From the human T2T-CHM13v2.0 reference genome, Homo sapiens, in the NCBI RefSeq assembly GCF_009914755.1, contig NC_060939.1: a stretch of DNA of 64,000 bases, one strand, 5' to 3'. Every line of letters begins with the position of its first letter. The first letter of the stretch is position 1. Under the pieces are notes generated by a model. It saw nothing but the letters and a program-made list of their open reading frames with translations. It made no database searches and had not been told where the DNA came from. Made by a program: the position numbers and the translations under genes. Shown here in pieces: positions 48,728 through 64,000 of this stretch.

Positions 48728-49879
48728 CTCACTTTTTAGGATGCCAAGAAAGCTAGAGAAAGTCTGCCTGCCTTTGAAACTCTTCTTGATAGCTGGGTGG
48801 TATTTTCTGATCAGTGACCAAAGTTATGTGCTTAAAAAGAAACAGCAGGCAGGAAAAGTGGAGCAGTATATAAAACATAAAATTATCCTCTTCAGTGGAT
48901 GCATGGGTAAAGGCATACTGGAGTACCCAGGATTTCACACTCAGGTTGCCTTGTGTTACCTCAAACAGCTCAACATAAAGTGCTTCGGAGGGCCCATTTT
49001 CCCACAAGGCAGCTATGACGTCCCGCTGAGCCATCTTAGCCTTCTTCCTTATCTCGTACTTTCTGTTATCTTTACACTTGAGAAGTTACTCCAGATGCAG
49101 CTCTGCTGAAAGTAACATAATTAGGTATGGGTCCCTCCCCTTGCTCTTTCATCATCCCTGCAGTGTGTGCACGCTGCCTTCACTCTGAGAGCTTAATTTT
49201 TCCCTGCTGGATCCATAAGTAGATGGAACATATGGGACCTCTTGTACCTGTAGGCATTTTAGCAATTTCCTCTGATGAATCCATTTGTAAACCTCTGCTC
49301 GTTAGAACGAAAGGTTCCTCTTGTTTTTGCAGCCTCTGAAGATTTTGTCATTCACACGGGCAGGAGGTCATGAGATATCTGGTTAGTTGTGGGGAAATTT
49401 TTGCTTTTGGATGCTTATTTACTTTGATAAGTTGAGATTATTTTTTTTTACAGGCAGTTACTTTTAATTTGTCTGCATGACAATACCAATGTTCTAGAAC
49501 AAGTCCAACATGAGGATTTGCAATCTGCCTCTTTATCTTGGCAGCTGCCATTTAGCCTTGCTGTTTTTATCACTGAGCTATAGATTAGGAAACCGAATGC
49601 AAACTGGTTAAGTGACTTCATGATTAAAGTGAAGTCATGCAAATAAAGAGAATACTGAAATATTGTTTCTCAGTGGCACCTGCTGTATTAAAACAACATA
49701 GACTTAGAAATAAGAGAATGTGGATTCCAGCCACATCTCCACCACTTAACAGATTCCAAGTCTCTTGCCAATTTGTTCTGTAACTTCTGTGAGCTTCAGT
49801 CTCTTCCTCTAGGAAATCTAGATGATGATTGTATCACCAGCCTCACTAAATTCACTTCTATTCCATTTCTACTGACAGA

Positions 49880-50600
49880 ATTTTATTGAGCATTTACTCT
49901 TTCTAGGCTCTTTGTCTAGCACTGTGGTTATACAAAAATATATTTATTTCTCCTTAAGTGGCTAGGGTGAATTGAGAAGTCAGACACATATAAGAACGAG
50001 TTCTATATAATTTGGTATGGAGCATGTGGGATTCTATGTGAGTTTTACAGGGATACAGAAGAGGGTATTTTTCTCAGTCTGAGGGTCCAGGGAAATTAGT
50101 GTCATTAAGCCAGGGTAGAAGAGAAGGGTTATCCAGATGGGGACCATAGCATGACAGGAAGCAAGGGTGTGCGAAACAGCATGGTATATGTGGAAAGTCC
50201 CAAAATGTTTGGCAGTATTTGGTCATAAAGAGAAAAGCATACGGTGGCAGCCTATGTGGCTGGAGGTGCATGTGAGGACCAGGTCATGAGAGGCCTTGTA
50301 GGCCTTGCTAAGGGATCCTTTCTGACTCTATCCAGAGAGCTCTGGGAATTCTGTGAGGCTTTCAGGCAGGGATGTGGTACAGCAATTACAGTGCACTTTT
50401 GATCACTTTGGCTAGTGTATAAGGCACTAGTCCAACAGAAGAGAGTTTTAAAGTTAAGAGATAATTCTTACAGCTTCCAGGAAAGAGACAGACTAGATCT
50501 GTGACAGAAGGGACAGAAAGAAAGGGTGTGGTTTTTAGAATCAGTAAAGAAATCATTAGGGGTAGAGAGGTTGATTGGATAGGGTGGGTGAAGAAGAGGG
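49880..50600 (-). mobile_element. L2 fragment(s)
   Basis: 'ttttattgagcatttactct', 'aggccttgtaggccttgctaagg', 'gatcactttggctagtgtataagg'. Confidence 0.6.
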
Positions 50601-51226
50601 GATATGTTTAAACTGATGATTAAACAAGCCATTATGAGTAAAAGCATTGCACAAACTCTAAAGCACTGGAAAAAAATTAATGATATTTTTAGTCATTCTT
50701 CAGAATATATTTAGTGATGTTATGCTCAGTTTTAAGCCCTAGCTAAGTTCTGGCTGTGTGTGGGGGGTGGGGGGCGTGGAGCATAGTGAAAGAATGGGAG
50801 TACAGAAAATAGAAGGGAAATTATATTTATAAAAAATGTTATTCCAGACACTGGCCTAATACTACACATTCATGATTTATCTTGGTTCTCACAATAGCCC
50901 TTGAAAGTTGATTTTACCTGCATTTTTGGATGAGAGATGGAGACTTAAAGATAACACAATCCCTACCCTCAAAGTGCTCCTAGAATAGTGAGGGAAATTT
51001 GTATAAATTGAATTATAACTCATTATGAGTGAAGCTATGATGAAGATGAACATGGAGTGATGCAAGCATATAGAAGAAAAGTGCTGACCTATATTTAGGG
51101 AAACTTCTCAGAGGTGGTAGCATCTGTAAGGTGATTGAGACTTGTCCACGAAGTAGGAGGGGGCAGCCCACGGAGTCACATGTTCAAAATTTGAAGGACT
51201 ATGAACAGAGAACTGCAAATGGATCA

Positions 51227-51533
<307 letters not shown>

Positions 51534-51798
51534 CTAGGACTGGGCCTTATGATAAAAGAAATAGGAAACCATTGATGAGTTTTAAGCAAGTGTGTGTTAA
51601 GATAAAATAAATACTTAAGAAAGATTATTTTGAGGGTAGTGTAGAAGGGAAGAAGAAGATCAGGGAAAGGCAATTTCAAGGTCAGAGGAGGTAGAAGCTT
51701 GAAGTAGTATGGTAAAAGTGGAGATGCGGTAGGACTAACATTCAGGAGGTGAAGAGAGACAACATGGTGATCAGGGGTTTTAGAAAGAGATAGATATA

Positions 51799-52240
<442 letters not shown>

Positions 52241-53961
52241 TCAGATGGAGGCTACAAATGGAGGAGTATTTCGGAGGAAAAGGGGTTGAAAGAAGAGAAT
52301 GGAGAGACATTTAGAAGACACATAGGAGAAGGTAAACTGGTAAAATGTGAAAGATGAAGGGGAGAGCATGCCCAAGGACAGTGGCATCATTTACAGAGAA
52401 GGACAACCTTTTGTCAGGTGGCATCTCTTGGCCCATTGAGAGCCAGAATAATTGGGTCTTGATCTCACATTCCTCACTTTTGGAGGTCTGAGTCTTCCCC
52501 AACATTTTCAAGATTTCATGAAGCTTAAGTTCTCATGATTTCAGTCCACACACTTTCTTCCGTAATGCTGTGGGTTTTTGCACAATATTTATCCATATGT
52601 AAAACTTCCCTTCACTTGTCCCTGCAAAACACACACAGACACATCTCTAAACATCATCGACTCCAGTGAAGAGCTTATGGTCTTCCACGAAAGAAAGCTT
52701 GAAAAATTACTTCCTTTACAGTCCTACACTCAAACATCCCCTTGCCCACTTCCCCCTCCCCTGACTGCCCCGACTATTTAGACTGTTTAGCTTCATATCA
52801 GTGCATGGCTCCTCTCTTCACTCTATCCTTCCATTCTCCTTTCTTTTCTCATCCTCTTTACTCCTTTTCTGGAGCCACAAATCTCTTTCCCAAACCTCTC
52901 CCTTTTGCAGGCATACTGGTTCTTCCTTCATTTCTGAACCCTTGACGCTCACTGACATCTCAGTCCTTGTGACGTTGGAGCATGGGGTAAGAGGTGGGAG
53001 ATGAGTCATCTTCTACTCTAAGTGTTTATCAAGAGTATTTTCTTCCAAAGATAATTGAGGTCCTGGCTATAAAGTGATTCTAATCTATCTACTTTATTAT
53101 GTGGTTAATATGAGGCATGGTTGATGTGGGGTCATGTTTGTAACAGAAGGTGACCTGTTTTATCTTAGACAAGTTTCATTTGACATGTCTGTGGCACATT
53201 AAAATTACCCTTATGGTTATAGCTAATCTCCTCCCTCCTAGAAGATTTTTCTTATAAAGTGTAGAATTTTGTAGGTGGTTCTGTTCTTTCTTATGGTCAC
53301 ACCTCAACATAAGAAAGTTGACTATGGAGTATCATTATTCTTTCCCCTCACTGGCTCTTCCCATGCTGGTTTTGTATGTTCTGCAGGATGATGGTGTGCT
53401 TAGAGTGTTGATGTCTCCAGTCTGGGTTGAGGAACTCAACTTTCTCCTCAGTCAACCTAATCTTGACAGTCTCTTCAGACCTAACTTATTATCACCTACC
53501 GATCAGCCTCATGACTTAAAAACATGAGCAGTTTATTTACTTTTGTTTAATCATAAACTCTGACTCAGCATTTTTCAGTTAGTACTTTTATTTAGAACTA
53601 TCCTTGCTTGAAAAGAAGATGTCATCCTTTACTCTAGAACATTGACCTTTAAAAAATAAGTCTAGATAGTTATTATTTTTATACAGGTATATCAGGAGCC
53701 ATTATTACTCATGTGTTTGTTTTGTTTTATTAAATAATTCACACATCAAGTAATGTGCAAAGGATATGTAAGGAACACACTTACACTTAATGCTAATATT
53801 TAACAAAGTTTAACATTTTTACGTATTTGCTTCAGGGTTTTTTTTTTTAAATAAATAACATATTGTAGATAAAGATTTAAGCCCCCTTTGAATCCATTCA
53901 CAATCCAATTTTCATCCTTGCTTCACCAAAATTGCAACATCCTGAACCTGGCATCAGTTTT

Positions 53962-53980
53962 ACCTGCCCCCTAGTGCGCT
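53962..53980 (-). promoter_or_regulatory. CTCF motif match (reverse)
   Basis: Minus strand agcgCACTAGGGGGCAGgt fits the core consensus. Confidence 0.45.
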
Positions 53981-54050
53981 CTCTGTCTGTCTCGCTCACT
54001 CTCTCTCTCTCTCTCTCTCGCTTTCTTTCTTTCTCTCTCTTTCTCTGTTT
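53980..54050. repeat. (CT)n / (CTTT)n microsatellite
   Basis: ctctctctctctctctctcgctttctttctttctctctct. Confidence 0.85.
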
Positions 54051-54294
54051 CTGCTTTTGTATTTTTTCTTTGATGTCTTTGGTTAACTTTTAATGCTTGT
54101 GTATGGCTAATTTACAATGTTTATATAGAAATTTTTATTAAATTCTTCTTTAATTAAAAGCAAACAAACACACCCCATTCCAAGAAAATTTCTAAAATTC
54201 AAAACAAAACGAAAGTCTAATGTCGTTTTTTTCCAGCTTGATCTATCAGTTTCTGTGAAAGGTATTTTTTTTTAAATACCTCTATCTTTTTTTT

Positions 54295-54368
54295 AAAAAA
54301 AAAAAACCTTATAAAAGAAATTTCATTAAAAAAACCTTATAAAAATTTGATTAAAAAACCTTACAAAA
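54295..54368. repeat. AT-rich ~25-bp tandem repeat (3 partial copies)
   Basis: 'aaaaaacctta' recurs three times, separated by 'aaattt(c/g)att'. Confidence 0.75.
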
Positions 54369-54925
54369 GTAGTTTGATAAGCATTATTTTCTTATATTTC
54401 TACATTTTATAACTTCCATCATTTCTTTAACCCATAAATTGATAGATTCTGTTTTTTGATGCCAGAAGGTCATGGTAGAGGTAACTATTGTTGGAACGCT
54501 GTTCTTATAACTTTTAAGGTGATGCTTGATTTCTAATTCAATTCCATTTTGATTAAACAACCTGGTCTCTACAGTAATTTTTTGAAATGTAGTGAGTCTT
54601 ATTTTTGACATAGCATGAGAACATTTTTAATAAATATTCAATATATGGTATAAAAGTATGCATCTTCTCTGTTTGGTATATAATTTTTTAAGATCAAGGT
54701 TTTTTGATGTATTATGTAGATTTTTTTATCTTGCTTTTTCTTTTTTTTTCCTATTTGATCTGTATCTCTGAAGGATGTTTATAAAAATATCCCAATATTA
54801 TATCTCCTTGGAACTATTTTATCCTGTTCCATGTTTTTGCCCTCAATTCTATTTCACCCCCAATACTAGTATTGCTACACCAGGTAAAAATATGCCTATT
54901 GAGTCTTTTTTTTAAATTTTCAACC

Positions 54926-55307
54926 TGATATAGTTTGGCTCTGTGTCCCTATCCAGATCTTATCACAAATTGTAATCCTTATAATCCCGGCATGTTGAGG
55001 GACAGACCTGGTGGGAGGTGATTGGATCATGGGGGCGGTTTCCCCCATGCTGGTCTCATGATAGTGAATGAGTTTTCACAATATCTGATGATTTTATAAA
55101 TCTTTGACAGTTCCTCCTTCACACTTGCTCTCTCTCTCCTGCCACCTTGTGAAGAAAGTACCTGCTTCCCTTTTGCCTTGTGCCATGACTATAAGTTTCC
55201 TGAGGCCTCCTCAGCCATGTGGAACTGTGAGTCAATTAAACCTCTTTTGTTTGTAAATCACCCAGTCTCAGGTATTCTTTATAGCAGTGTGAAAATTGAT
55301 TAATACA
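54926..55307 (+). mobile_element. THE1/MST MaLR solo LTR (THE1D-like)
   Basis: tgatatagtttggctctgtgtccc ... 'cagccatgtggaactgtgagtcaattaaacctc' ... taataca. Confidence 0.9.
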
Positions 55308-58300
55308 CAGTGTTTTTCTGATAATCTGTTTTAAGTATGCATCCAGCAGAGATGATATAGCTTTTTTAAAAGATCCAATATATAGTAGTGTCTTTTAATA
55401 GATTACTTTAATTTTATATTTATTGTGAGCATTCCTGTATTTGGATTAATTTTTTCCATCTCATTTTGTGCTATTTAACATCATTTTTTAACTTCCTTTT
55501 AATATTCATTTTTGATACCTTCCTTGGATTATACACTTTTTAACAATGTATTTTTTTTCCCTTTTGCCAGTTTGGAAGCTACTAATTATATTTTATTATT
55601 TTGGTGATTTTGCTTTAATTCAAAAATAACAAAATACAATGTACATACATAGAATTGTACATGACAGAAATGAATGATCACAAAATTAACATTCATGTAA
55701 CTGTCATACAAGAAATAAAACATTTCCAGTATTTCAGCAGTATAGAGCATTAATGCATTTTAAAAATGCATCTTTTCCCTTCCAGTTTTAATGAAGTATA
55801 AATGACAAATAAAAATTGAATATACTTACGGTGTACGACATGATGTTTTGATATACATATACAGTGTGAAATGACTACCACAATCTAAAATAAATCTTTA
55901 TATTTTGTTTCTTATGTTATCTAAAGTTGTGCAATATCTCTATACCTTCCCAATTGAGATGAGGACATTAGCAAAGCTGACTTATCTAGCCATCAAACAC
56001 TCTTTCTCATCTTCTGTGATATTGTTTTTAATTTTAATAAGACTTATTTGAAGCAAAGAAAGTCAGCTATTTTATATTCAGTAGTTATATAAATTTTGCA
56101 TCTCGCTTCCCTTCTCTGTGCCTTTTTTGCTTCTTTCTAAAGTACATCCTTTAGTAGTTCTTTACTACTAATTTACAAGATTTCTAAACCTCATGTCTGA
56201 AAATGTCTTTATTTCATTTTCATTGGAATGATACTGTATCCAGTTCCAAAATTCTAATTTAAAAATTGTCTTCCCTCAGCTCTTTGAAATGTTTCTCTGT
56301 TGCTTTCAATTATTTATTGTTACTACTCTTAAATCTACTCACAATATAATTGCCATTGCTTTGAAGAGAATGTGGCTTTTCCGTTTGATAATTTTCAAAA
56401 CATTTCTGTTTATTTTCACTGAAATGTGTCCTCCTGTTTTTATTATGGGACCTCACCCTTCCCTCAGCTGTGTTCCATGCCCCTAGGTTAGGGACCTGGG
56501 GCCCCATCATTTGGGAATAAATCTCCCATTTTCTGAACTGGAGTGGGAGGGGATATTGCTTAGTCATATAACCTGGAGTATGGGACTCGGGATCTGATTG
56601 TTCCTAATGCAGACTTTCAAACAATCCTTCTGTGTCTGGAAATTTTCTGTAAGTCTCACATTCAGAGCTACCTGGTGCACCCAGTTCCTGACCTTTTTCT
56701 CATGTAAATTGCCTTGCTTCCTTTTGGCACATAAGTTTGAGGGATCTCTGAACTGCTAAATCACATACCGCTACACCATCTGCTTTCAGTCTCTCAATAT
56801 TTAGATATTTCTTGTCTGTTATCATCCTCCTTTGCTATTTTCTTTGTGTCTGAAGATTTATAAATATTTCTAAAATTCCTTACAGTAATTTTGGAGGGGG
56901 TTTCTTGGAGGTATAATGAATGAGTGCCTATATTCAATCTTCTACATTTAAACAAAATTTTTTTCCATTAAGATTTTATAGACTTTGGAAATTCTGTTAA
57001 CAGAAGATAGGGTCCTTCATTTCATAATTAGAAATATCCCAGGGAGACATAACACATTAACTTATAATTATAAATGGCTGTCTGCTTTCCTCTTTATAAT
57101 TGACCCCCAATTCAGAATTAATTGCTTCCATATCTCGGTTTTATCTCCTTCACATATTTATGGTTTTGGTTGGCAGGCTTCAATAACTAGACAGTAGACT
57201 TCTTGGGATTATGTCTTAGTACCATGACAGGTACTAAATACTCATTTGAGTGCCTGGTACAGAGGTTGCACCATACATGCTTCTTCAATAAAATGGAGTG
57301 ATTTAGAATCAGAATTAACACAAAAATTTTCCTCTATGACAAGAGTGTTTCTCACCTATTGGCAAGAAATTTGAACCAGATGTTCACTATGTTACCATAT
57401 TTTTCTCCCAGATTTGTCACATGATTTGATTGATTACTGGGCTTAGAAAATGACATTATGAGTAGATGGAAACCCTGTAATAATGGAATGACAATATTAC
57501 TTGGTATGTGTATAATCCTTTTATTGTTTAAGATATTTCTATACCCATAATTTTTTAAAGTCTTCATACATCCCTGCAATTTTGGAGAATAGCAAGGCCT
57601 ATTTACAAGATACTGGTGAGAATAATCATCATCAATTTAGGAAAAGGAAAGGAAATTCCCATATTTGACATTTTATATAAAACTATGAGCAGTGAAGGCA
57701 GGAAACTAGAAGGGCTTCTTAAAGGGGTTTTAAAAAGTATGGATCACTTGCCAATTGCCAAAGTACAGGCCTGAATTTTCCTTTCCGTATTACTCTTCTC
57801 CTAAGGAATATGACCATGAGGCAGTTAGCACACACCTGCTTTTTGAAGAGAAATAGAAAAGGGGATTTGGTGCAACATGTATCTATCTACAGAAACGGCC
57901 TGTGTGCTAGACCACCTGCCCATGAAGAGTGACACAGATATACTTCTTTACCCAATTCCACATTCTGACCAGAAATGGATTACAGCTCTGAGCTCATCCT
58001 CTCTAATATTTTAAATGGAGGGAGTAGAGGGACCTCTCCTTATGCAGAGAAACAAAGTTCTTATTTAGTAAAAATATTATAGTTAGACACAATTATAACC
58101 ACAAAGATACTTGACAACCAACAGTTATCAGCAAAGGGAATAATGATAATTTTTGCCTGGCATAGAAAAACACGCTATTGTTAATTCTGAGAATTGTCTA
58201 ATCTCTCCTCAAGAAGTGGGAGGCCTGGGGATTCTGGCTAGGCTGGGATTCTGGAGAAAAGAATAATATGGGTTTGAGAAGGGTTGGGGTCTGTGGCTAT

Positions 58301-59384
58301 GCAATTTCGAACGAAGTGTAATGGAACCAGGAAAGCTGGGCTTAGACAAAGAAATATTTTAGAAGTTGAAGAAGAGTTTCCAAAGCAAGAATCAAATCTG
58401 TGGAAAGGATTACCGCAAAGAGGTTGCCTGGTAGGAGCTTTAAAGTCTGCTGATTCAGTCTGAAAGGAGGATTGTACATTGACTTGAGGTTATTTATCGC
58501 AGAATAGCAAACAGGTAATGCATCCTCTACTAATTAGTATTACAGTTCAATTCTGGACTGGTCCCATAGAATGAGGTTTTAAGCATGGATTCAGCTAGTA
58601 GGAGGTATGCATTTTAAATGCATTAAAGGAAACTAAAGTTTTAAATTGTAAATAAATCATTATGCCATCTTAAACTGCCAACAAGGTAAGTGAAAGTAGT
58701 GACCTGGTTAGCAGTCAGTAGACACAGTTTCAAGTGAGCAGCAGAAACATTCTATTGTTATATAAATGAAGGGAGCAGGGAATTGTTGTTCCTCCTTCTT
58801 CAGTGAGATCAAATTAACTAACATCACATCATAGCATCAGGGAAGTCACCTGTGAATACCTAGCAGCTTTACAGGTGTGACTCTCTTGGTTACTGAAAGA
58901 GCTTGTCAGTTGCCAATCTGAGCTATTTTTATGTTGTGTGAAAGCTGAAGAATTCCTGGGTTTGTGGTCATGCTGATTTGCCAGACAAAATGGACAACTG
59001 GAGAAAATGGTGCTATTTCCTTCTTCTAAAGAATAGACAGATACCTGTTCATCACAGAGGTGGGACTTGAGAGCTTTATGAGGCTGGCGGTTGGAGTCAT
59101 TCCTGGAAATTCCTTTTATGATGCACAGGTTTGTGGAGGGAGTCTTTATGTGTGTCTCATGGCTTCTTGATAATCATTAGGTTTTAGAGAACTTGCTAAT
59201 AAATTGTGGTTGACTTCTAAAAATGAAAGTTGCAGATTCACACAAGAAACTGGAAAGTTAAGAATAGGTTATCCCAAGTTCTAGTATGGAAATAGGTAGC
59301 CATATGCTGAAAGAGTAAAACTTTGGTAATTAAGGGGCTAATGAATGGACTATTTGGAATATGAAATGTAGTTTTCATAATGTT

Positions 59385-62300
59385 TGCAATTACATTTTAA
59401 AAATCAGGATATAATTCATATACCATGCTATTCAGTTATTTCAAGTGGGTAAAGTGGTTTTTAACATATTCACAAATTGGTACAACCACTAGCTCATTCC
59501 AGTACATTTTCATCTCCCCAAAAGAAAGCTGTTAACCATCCTTCCCTGTTTTCCTCTCCTCTCAGTCCCCAGCAATCACTAATGTGCTTCCCATGTCTAC
59601 GGATTTTTCTATTCTGGGTGTTTCATATAAATGGTATGATATAATGTATGACCTTTTATGTCTGCCTTCTTTCACTCAGCACAAGGTTTTCAAGGTTTCA
59701 TCTATGGTGTTGAATGCATCACTATTTTGTTTCTTTCTATGGCTCAATAATATTCCATTGTATGGGGATACCACATTTGTTATTCATCATCAGTTGATGG
59801 ACATTTGGCTTGTTTCCTCTTTCTGACTGATAGGAGTAATGCTGCTATAAACATCCATGTGCAAGATTTTATGTGGACATATATTTTTAGTTCTCTTGGA
59901 TATATATCCAGGAGTAGAATTGTCGGATCATATGGTGCTGGGTCATATGGGGACTATATGTTTGACACTTTAAGGAACTACAAACCTACTTCAAAGTGGC
60001 TGAACCACTTTATATTTCACCAGCAATATATATGAGTTTCAATTGATCCACATTCCCTCCAACACTTGTCATTTTCTATATTTTAGCCATCGGAGTGGGT
60101 ATGAAATGGTATCTTTTTGTAATTTTGATTTTCATTTACCTAATGACTAATGATGTTGAACATCTTGTAATGAGCTTATTGGTGATTTGTATATCCTATC
60201 TGGAGAAATGTCTATTCAAATATTTTACCTAGCCTTTGATTGGATTGTTTGTATTATTGAGTATAAGAAAATATTTTCTCCCATTCTGTGGGGTGTCTTT
60301 TTCACTTTCTTGATAGTGTCCTGTGATACCCAATAGTTTTTACTTTTGATGAAATTCAGTTTATCTGTGTTTTTAATTGATTTTGCTTTTGATGTTATAT
60401 CTAAGAAACCATACCCTAACCCAGGGTCACCAAGATTTATTGTCATGTTTCTTCTAGGAGTTTTATAATTTTAGCTCTTACATTTAGATCTATAATTGTT
60501 TTGGGGTTAATTTTCATGTGTTACTTGAGGTGAAGGTCCAAATGTACTGTTTTATGTATGGATATTCTGTTCTCCTAGCACCATTTGTTGAAAAGGCTAT
60601 TTTTTCCTCATTAAATTGTCTTGGCATCCTTGTAGAAAATGATTTGATCAATAATATATGGGTTTATTTCTGGACTCTCACTTCTGTTTCCATTGATCTA
60701 TGTCTATCTTTATTACAGTATCATACTGCTCTGATAATTGTAACTTTGATTTTGAAATTCGGAAGTGTGAGTCCTCCAGATTCATTCTTTTTCAGTATTG
60801 CTTTGTGTATTCCTTGTTCTTTTCATTTCCATGTGAATTTTAAGCTTAGCTTGTCAAATTTTGAAAATAAAAAAACCCAGATGGACTTATGATAGAGATT
60901 GTGTTGAAACTGTAGATCAATCTGGGAAGTAGTGCCATTTTAATATCAAGTCTTCAAGTTCGTGAGTACAGGATATCTTACATTTGTTGAAGTGCTCTTT
61001 AATTTCTTTCAATAATGTTTTGTCTTTTGTGGTGTAAAAACCTTACACTTCTTTGGTTAAATTTATTCCTAAGTATTTTATTCTTTTTAATGCTATTGTA
61101 AGTAAACTTGGCTTTTAAATTTTATTTTTAGATTGTTCATTGCTGATGTATGTAAATAAATTGATATTTGTGCATTAATCTTAATTCTGGAAACTTGCTG
61201 AACTAGTTTATTAACTCTAATTTTTTGTAGATTAATTAGGATTTTCTGTATACAAGATTGTATCATTTGCCAATAAAGATAGTATTACTTTTTCCTTTCC
61301 TATCTGGATGCTTTTAATTTCATTTTCTTGCATAATTTCTCTGGCTAGGATCCACAATACAATGTTGAATAGATGTGGTAAAAGCAGACAACCTTGGCTC
61401 ATTCCAAATCTTGGCAGGAAAATTTTCAGTCTTTTATCATTAAGTAAAATAACAGCTGTGGGTTTATCAGGTTGAAGAAGTTCCCTTCTTAGTTTTTTTT
61501 TTTTTTAACATGTTTTTATTATGAACATATGCTGGATTTTATAAAACGTTTTTTCAGTAGCTCTTGAGATGATTGTGTTTGTCTTTTATTCTGTTAACAT
61601 GGTGTATTACATTGATGGATTTACATACATTGAACAAACCTTCCAATCCTGAGATGAATCCCACTTGTTTGTGAACTACACATATAATCTTTTTTATAAG
61701 TTGTTAGATTTGATTTGCTAGTATTTTCTTGAGCATTTTGGGCTTATATTTATCAGGGACAGTGTTCTGTAGCTTTTTTCCCATGATATCTTTGGTTTTG
61801 CTACCCGGCTAATATTGGACTCACAGAATGAGTTGAAAATTGTTTCCTTCTTATGTATGTTTTGGAAAGTTTTGTGAAAGATTGGTTTTAATTCTTCCTT
61901 AAACGCTTGGTAGAATTCACCACTGAGGCCATGCAGAATTCACCAGTGAAGTCCTATACTTGGTCTTCAGCTTTGATTTGTGAGAGCTTTGTTGATTAAT
62001 AATTCAATCTTTTATTTATTATAGGTCTATTTCAATTTAATATTTTCTATTTCTTCTTCAGTCAGGTATGGTAAATTGTGTCTTTCTAACTTTTTGTCCA
62101 TTTCATCTAGGTTTTCTTATTTGTTGGCATGAAATTATTCGTAGTATTTCTTTACAGCCTCAGTAAGGTCATTAGTAATGTTCCCTCTGTCATTTCTCCT
62201 TTTAATAATTTACATCTTTTCTTCCTTTTTTTCCTTGTCAGTTTGACAAAAAGGTTTATCAGTTTTCAAAGAACCAACTTTTAGTTCCTTGACTTTTCTA

Positions 62301-64000
62301 TTGTTTTTCTATTCTGTATTTTATGTATTTCTCTTCTAATCTTTATTGTTTCTTTTCTTCTGCTTGCTTCAGGTTTTCCTCTTCTTTTCTAGTTTTTTAA
62401 TATAAAAGGCTAGATTATTGATTTGTGATTGTTATGTTTTAAAATAATCTCTTTTAATATAGGCATTTACAAATATGTATTTTTTCTGCTTTTGTTTTAT
62501 CCTATAAGGTTTGGTATGCTGTGTTTTCATTTCTATTAATTTCAAAGTATTTTCTAATTTATATTGTAATTTCTTCTTTGACTCATTCATTATTTAGGAG
62601 TGCATTGTTTAATTTCCATGTGCTTATAAATTTCCCAAACTTCCCTCTGCTATTGGTATCTAATTTATTTTGGTTTTGGTCAAATAATATATTTGTATGA
62701 TTTAAATCATTTAAATTTATTAAAACTTGTTTTATGGCCAACCATGTGATCTACTCTACAGAATGTGTGCACTTGGGAAAAATGTGCTTTCTGTTTTTGT
62801 TGGACCAAGTGTTCTATAGATGTCTGTTAATCTACTTGTTTCATATTGTTATGCAAATCTTATGTTGCCTTTTTGATTCTGTGTCTAGTTGTTCTATCCA
62901 TTACTGAAAGTGGGGAACTGAAATCTCCAACAATTTTTGGTGAATTGTCTATTTACTTCATTTCTTTTAGTTATTCCTTCATGTATGATGGTGCTTTGTT
63001 ATTAGTTGTGCACATATTTACAATCTAGCTTCTTGATGAATTAACCCTTTATCATTATTTAATGTCCTTCTTTGTTTCTTGTAACTGTTTGTGAGTTAAA
63101 GTACATTATGTCTGATAGTCCTATAGCCACTCTGTCTTTCTTTTGGTTACTGTTTGCATGGTGTTTTCTTTTCCTTCTTTTAACCCATTGTGTCTTTGAA
63201 TTCACAGTATATCTCTTATAGCCAGCTTGTAGTTGGAACACTTTAAAAAAATCCATTCTAATCTCAATCTTTAGATTGAATTGTTTAATCCATTTACATT
63301 TAATATAATTACTGATTTTAAAAAAGGTTTTATGTATGTCATTTTGCTATCAGTTTTCCATATTTCTATGTGTTTTTTGTTGTTTTTTCATTCCTCTCTT
63401 ATTTCTTTTGAGTTAATAAATATTCAAGGCACTATTTAAATTTGTTTTCATTAGTTTTATAGTATTTTTTGAATTCTTTTATAACTGCCTTGGGGATTTA
63501 TAATATTGATATATAACAATCTAGTCAGATTAAAACAAACTTAATTGCAATAGTGTACAAAATATGCCATTATATAGCTTCATTTCCTTCCCCTTTCTTT
63601 GTGCTATTATCATATAAAATACGTCTTCATATATTGTAGACACATCAACACAGTTTATAATTACAGGTTATGCCATTGTTTTTTAAATCAGGGAAGAAAT
63701 TTTATAATTAAAAATACAATGCCTTTTATATTTACGTATGTATTAACTTTATCAGTGATTTTTTAAATGTGGATTCTTGTTACTGTCTAGTGTCTTTTCA
63801 TTTAAGCCTGAAGCCTTCCCTTTAGTGTGTCTTGTACAGCAGATTTCATAGCAATAAATTCTCTTATTATTTTCTTTGTTAGGAAACAAATTAATTTCTC
63901 CGTTAAAAAATAGTTTTGCTAAGTATAGAATTCTTGATGTTCAGTCTTTTTGTGTTAGTACTTTGAGTATATCATCTCACTGACTCTGGTCTCCACAGTT
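59385..64000 (-). mobile_element. Large old L1M (L1MB-like) element running off the window
   Basis: L1MB-type 3'UTR at the left end, degenerate antisense ORF2 throughout; EN-domain remnant (HHANSNQKKDRVAIGLSD..RNKEGH) in ORF 63059-63256(-). Confidence 0.88.

Noticed and set aside
48693-49109. 138-aa ORF and a miR-302/520-like 'taaagtgcttc' word
   Set aside because: No protein homology recognised and no complementary arm to form a hairpin.
59922-61950. Short tandem duplications inside the old L1 (ggatcatatgg x2 near 59925; agaattcacca x2 near 61912)
   Set aside because: Common slippage events in decayed repeats; not array-like and unrelated to CRISPR.

Overview
Primate (most likely human/hominoid) genomic DNA, AT-rich and dominated by interspersed repeats; intergenic or deep intronic. 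I recognise no host protein-coding exon, RNA gene or CpG island. The recognisable long ORFs are degraded LINE-1 ORF1/ORF2 or Alu antisense frames. Two L1PA elements sit head-to-head. The first is a minus-strand L1PA7/8-like copy (21326-26849) with a ~2.05 kb internal deletion and a nested MER11 solo LTR. The second is a full-length but inactivated plus-strand L1PA5-like copy (32992-39132) inserted in an older L1MA5-like 3' end. Around them are older L1M fragments, five Alus, MaLR/ERV1 LTRs, MER5/MER58 DNA transposons, MIRs and L2s. The best non-repeat signal is a compact minus-strand Pol II core promoter (three E-boxes, TATA at -28, Inr, 100-nt exon, AAG|GTGAGT donor) at ~17885-18059, with a plausible polyadenylated terminal exon at ~15078-15171. 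Other oddities: an Alu with a 62-bp target-site duplication, an L1 ORF0-like frame ending on a perfect splice donor, a ~150-bp local duplication straddling the L1PA5, and a convergent CTCF motif pair. I cannot support a wholly new biological system from sequence alone. Subfamily names come from remembered consensus features, not a database search.
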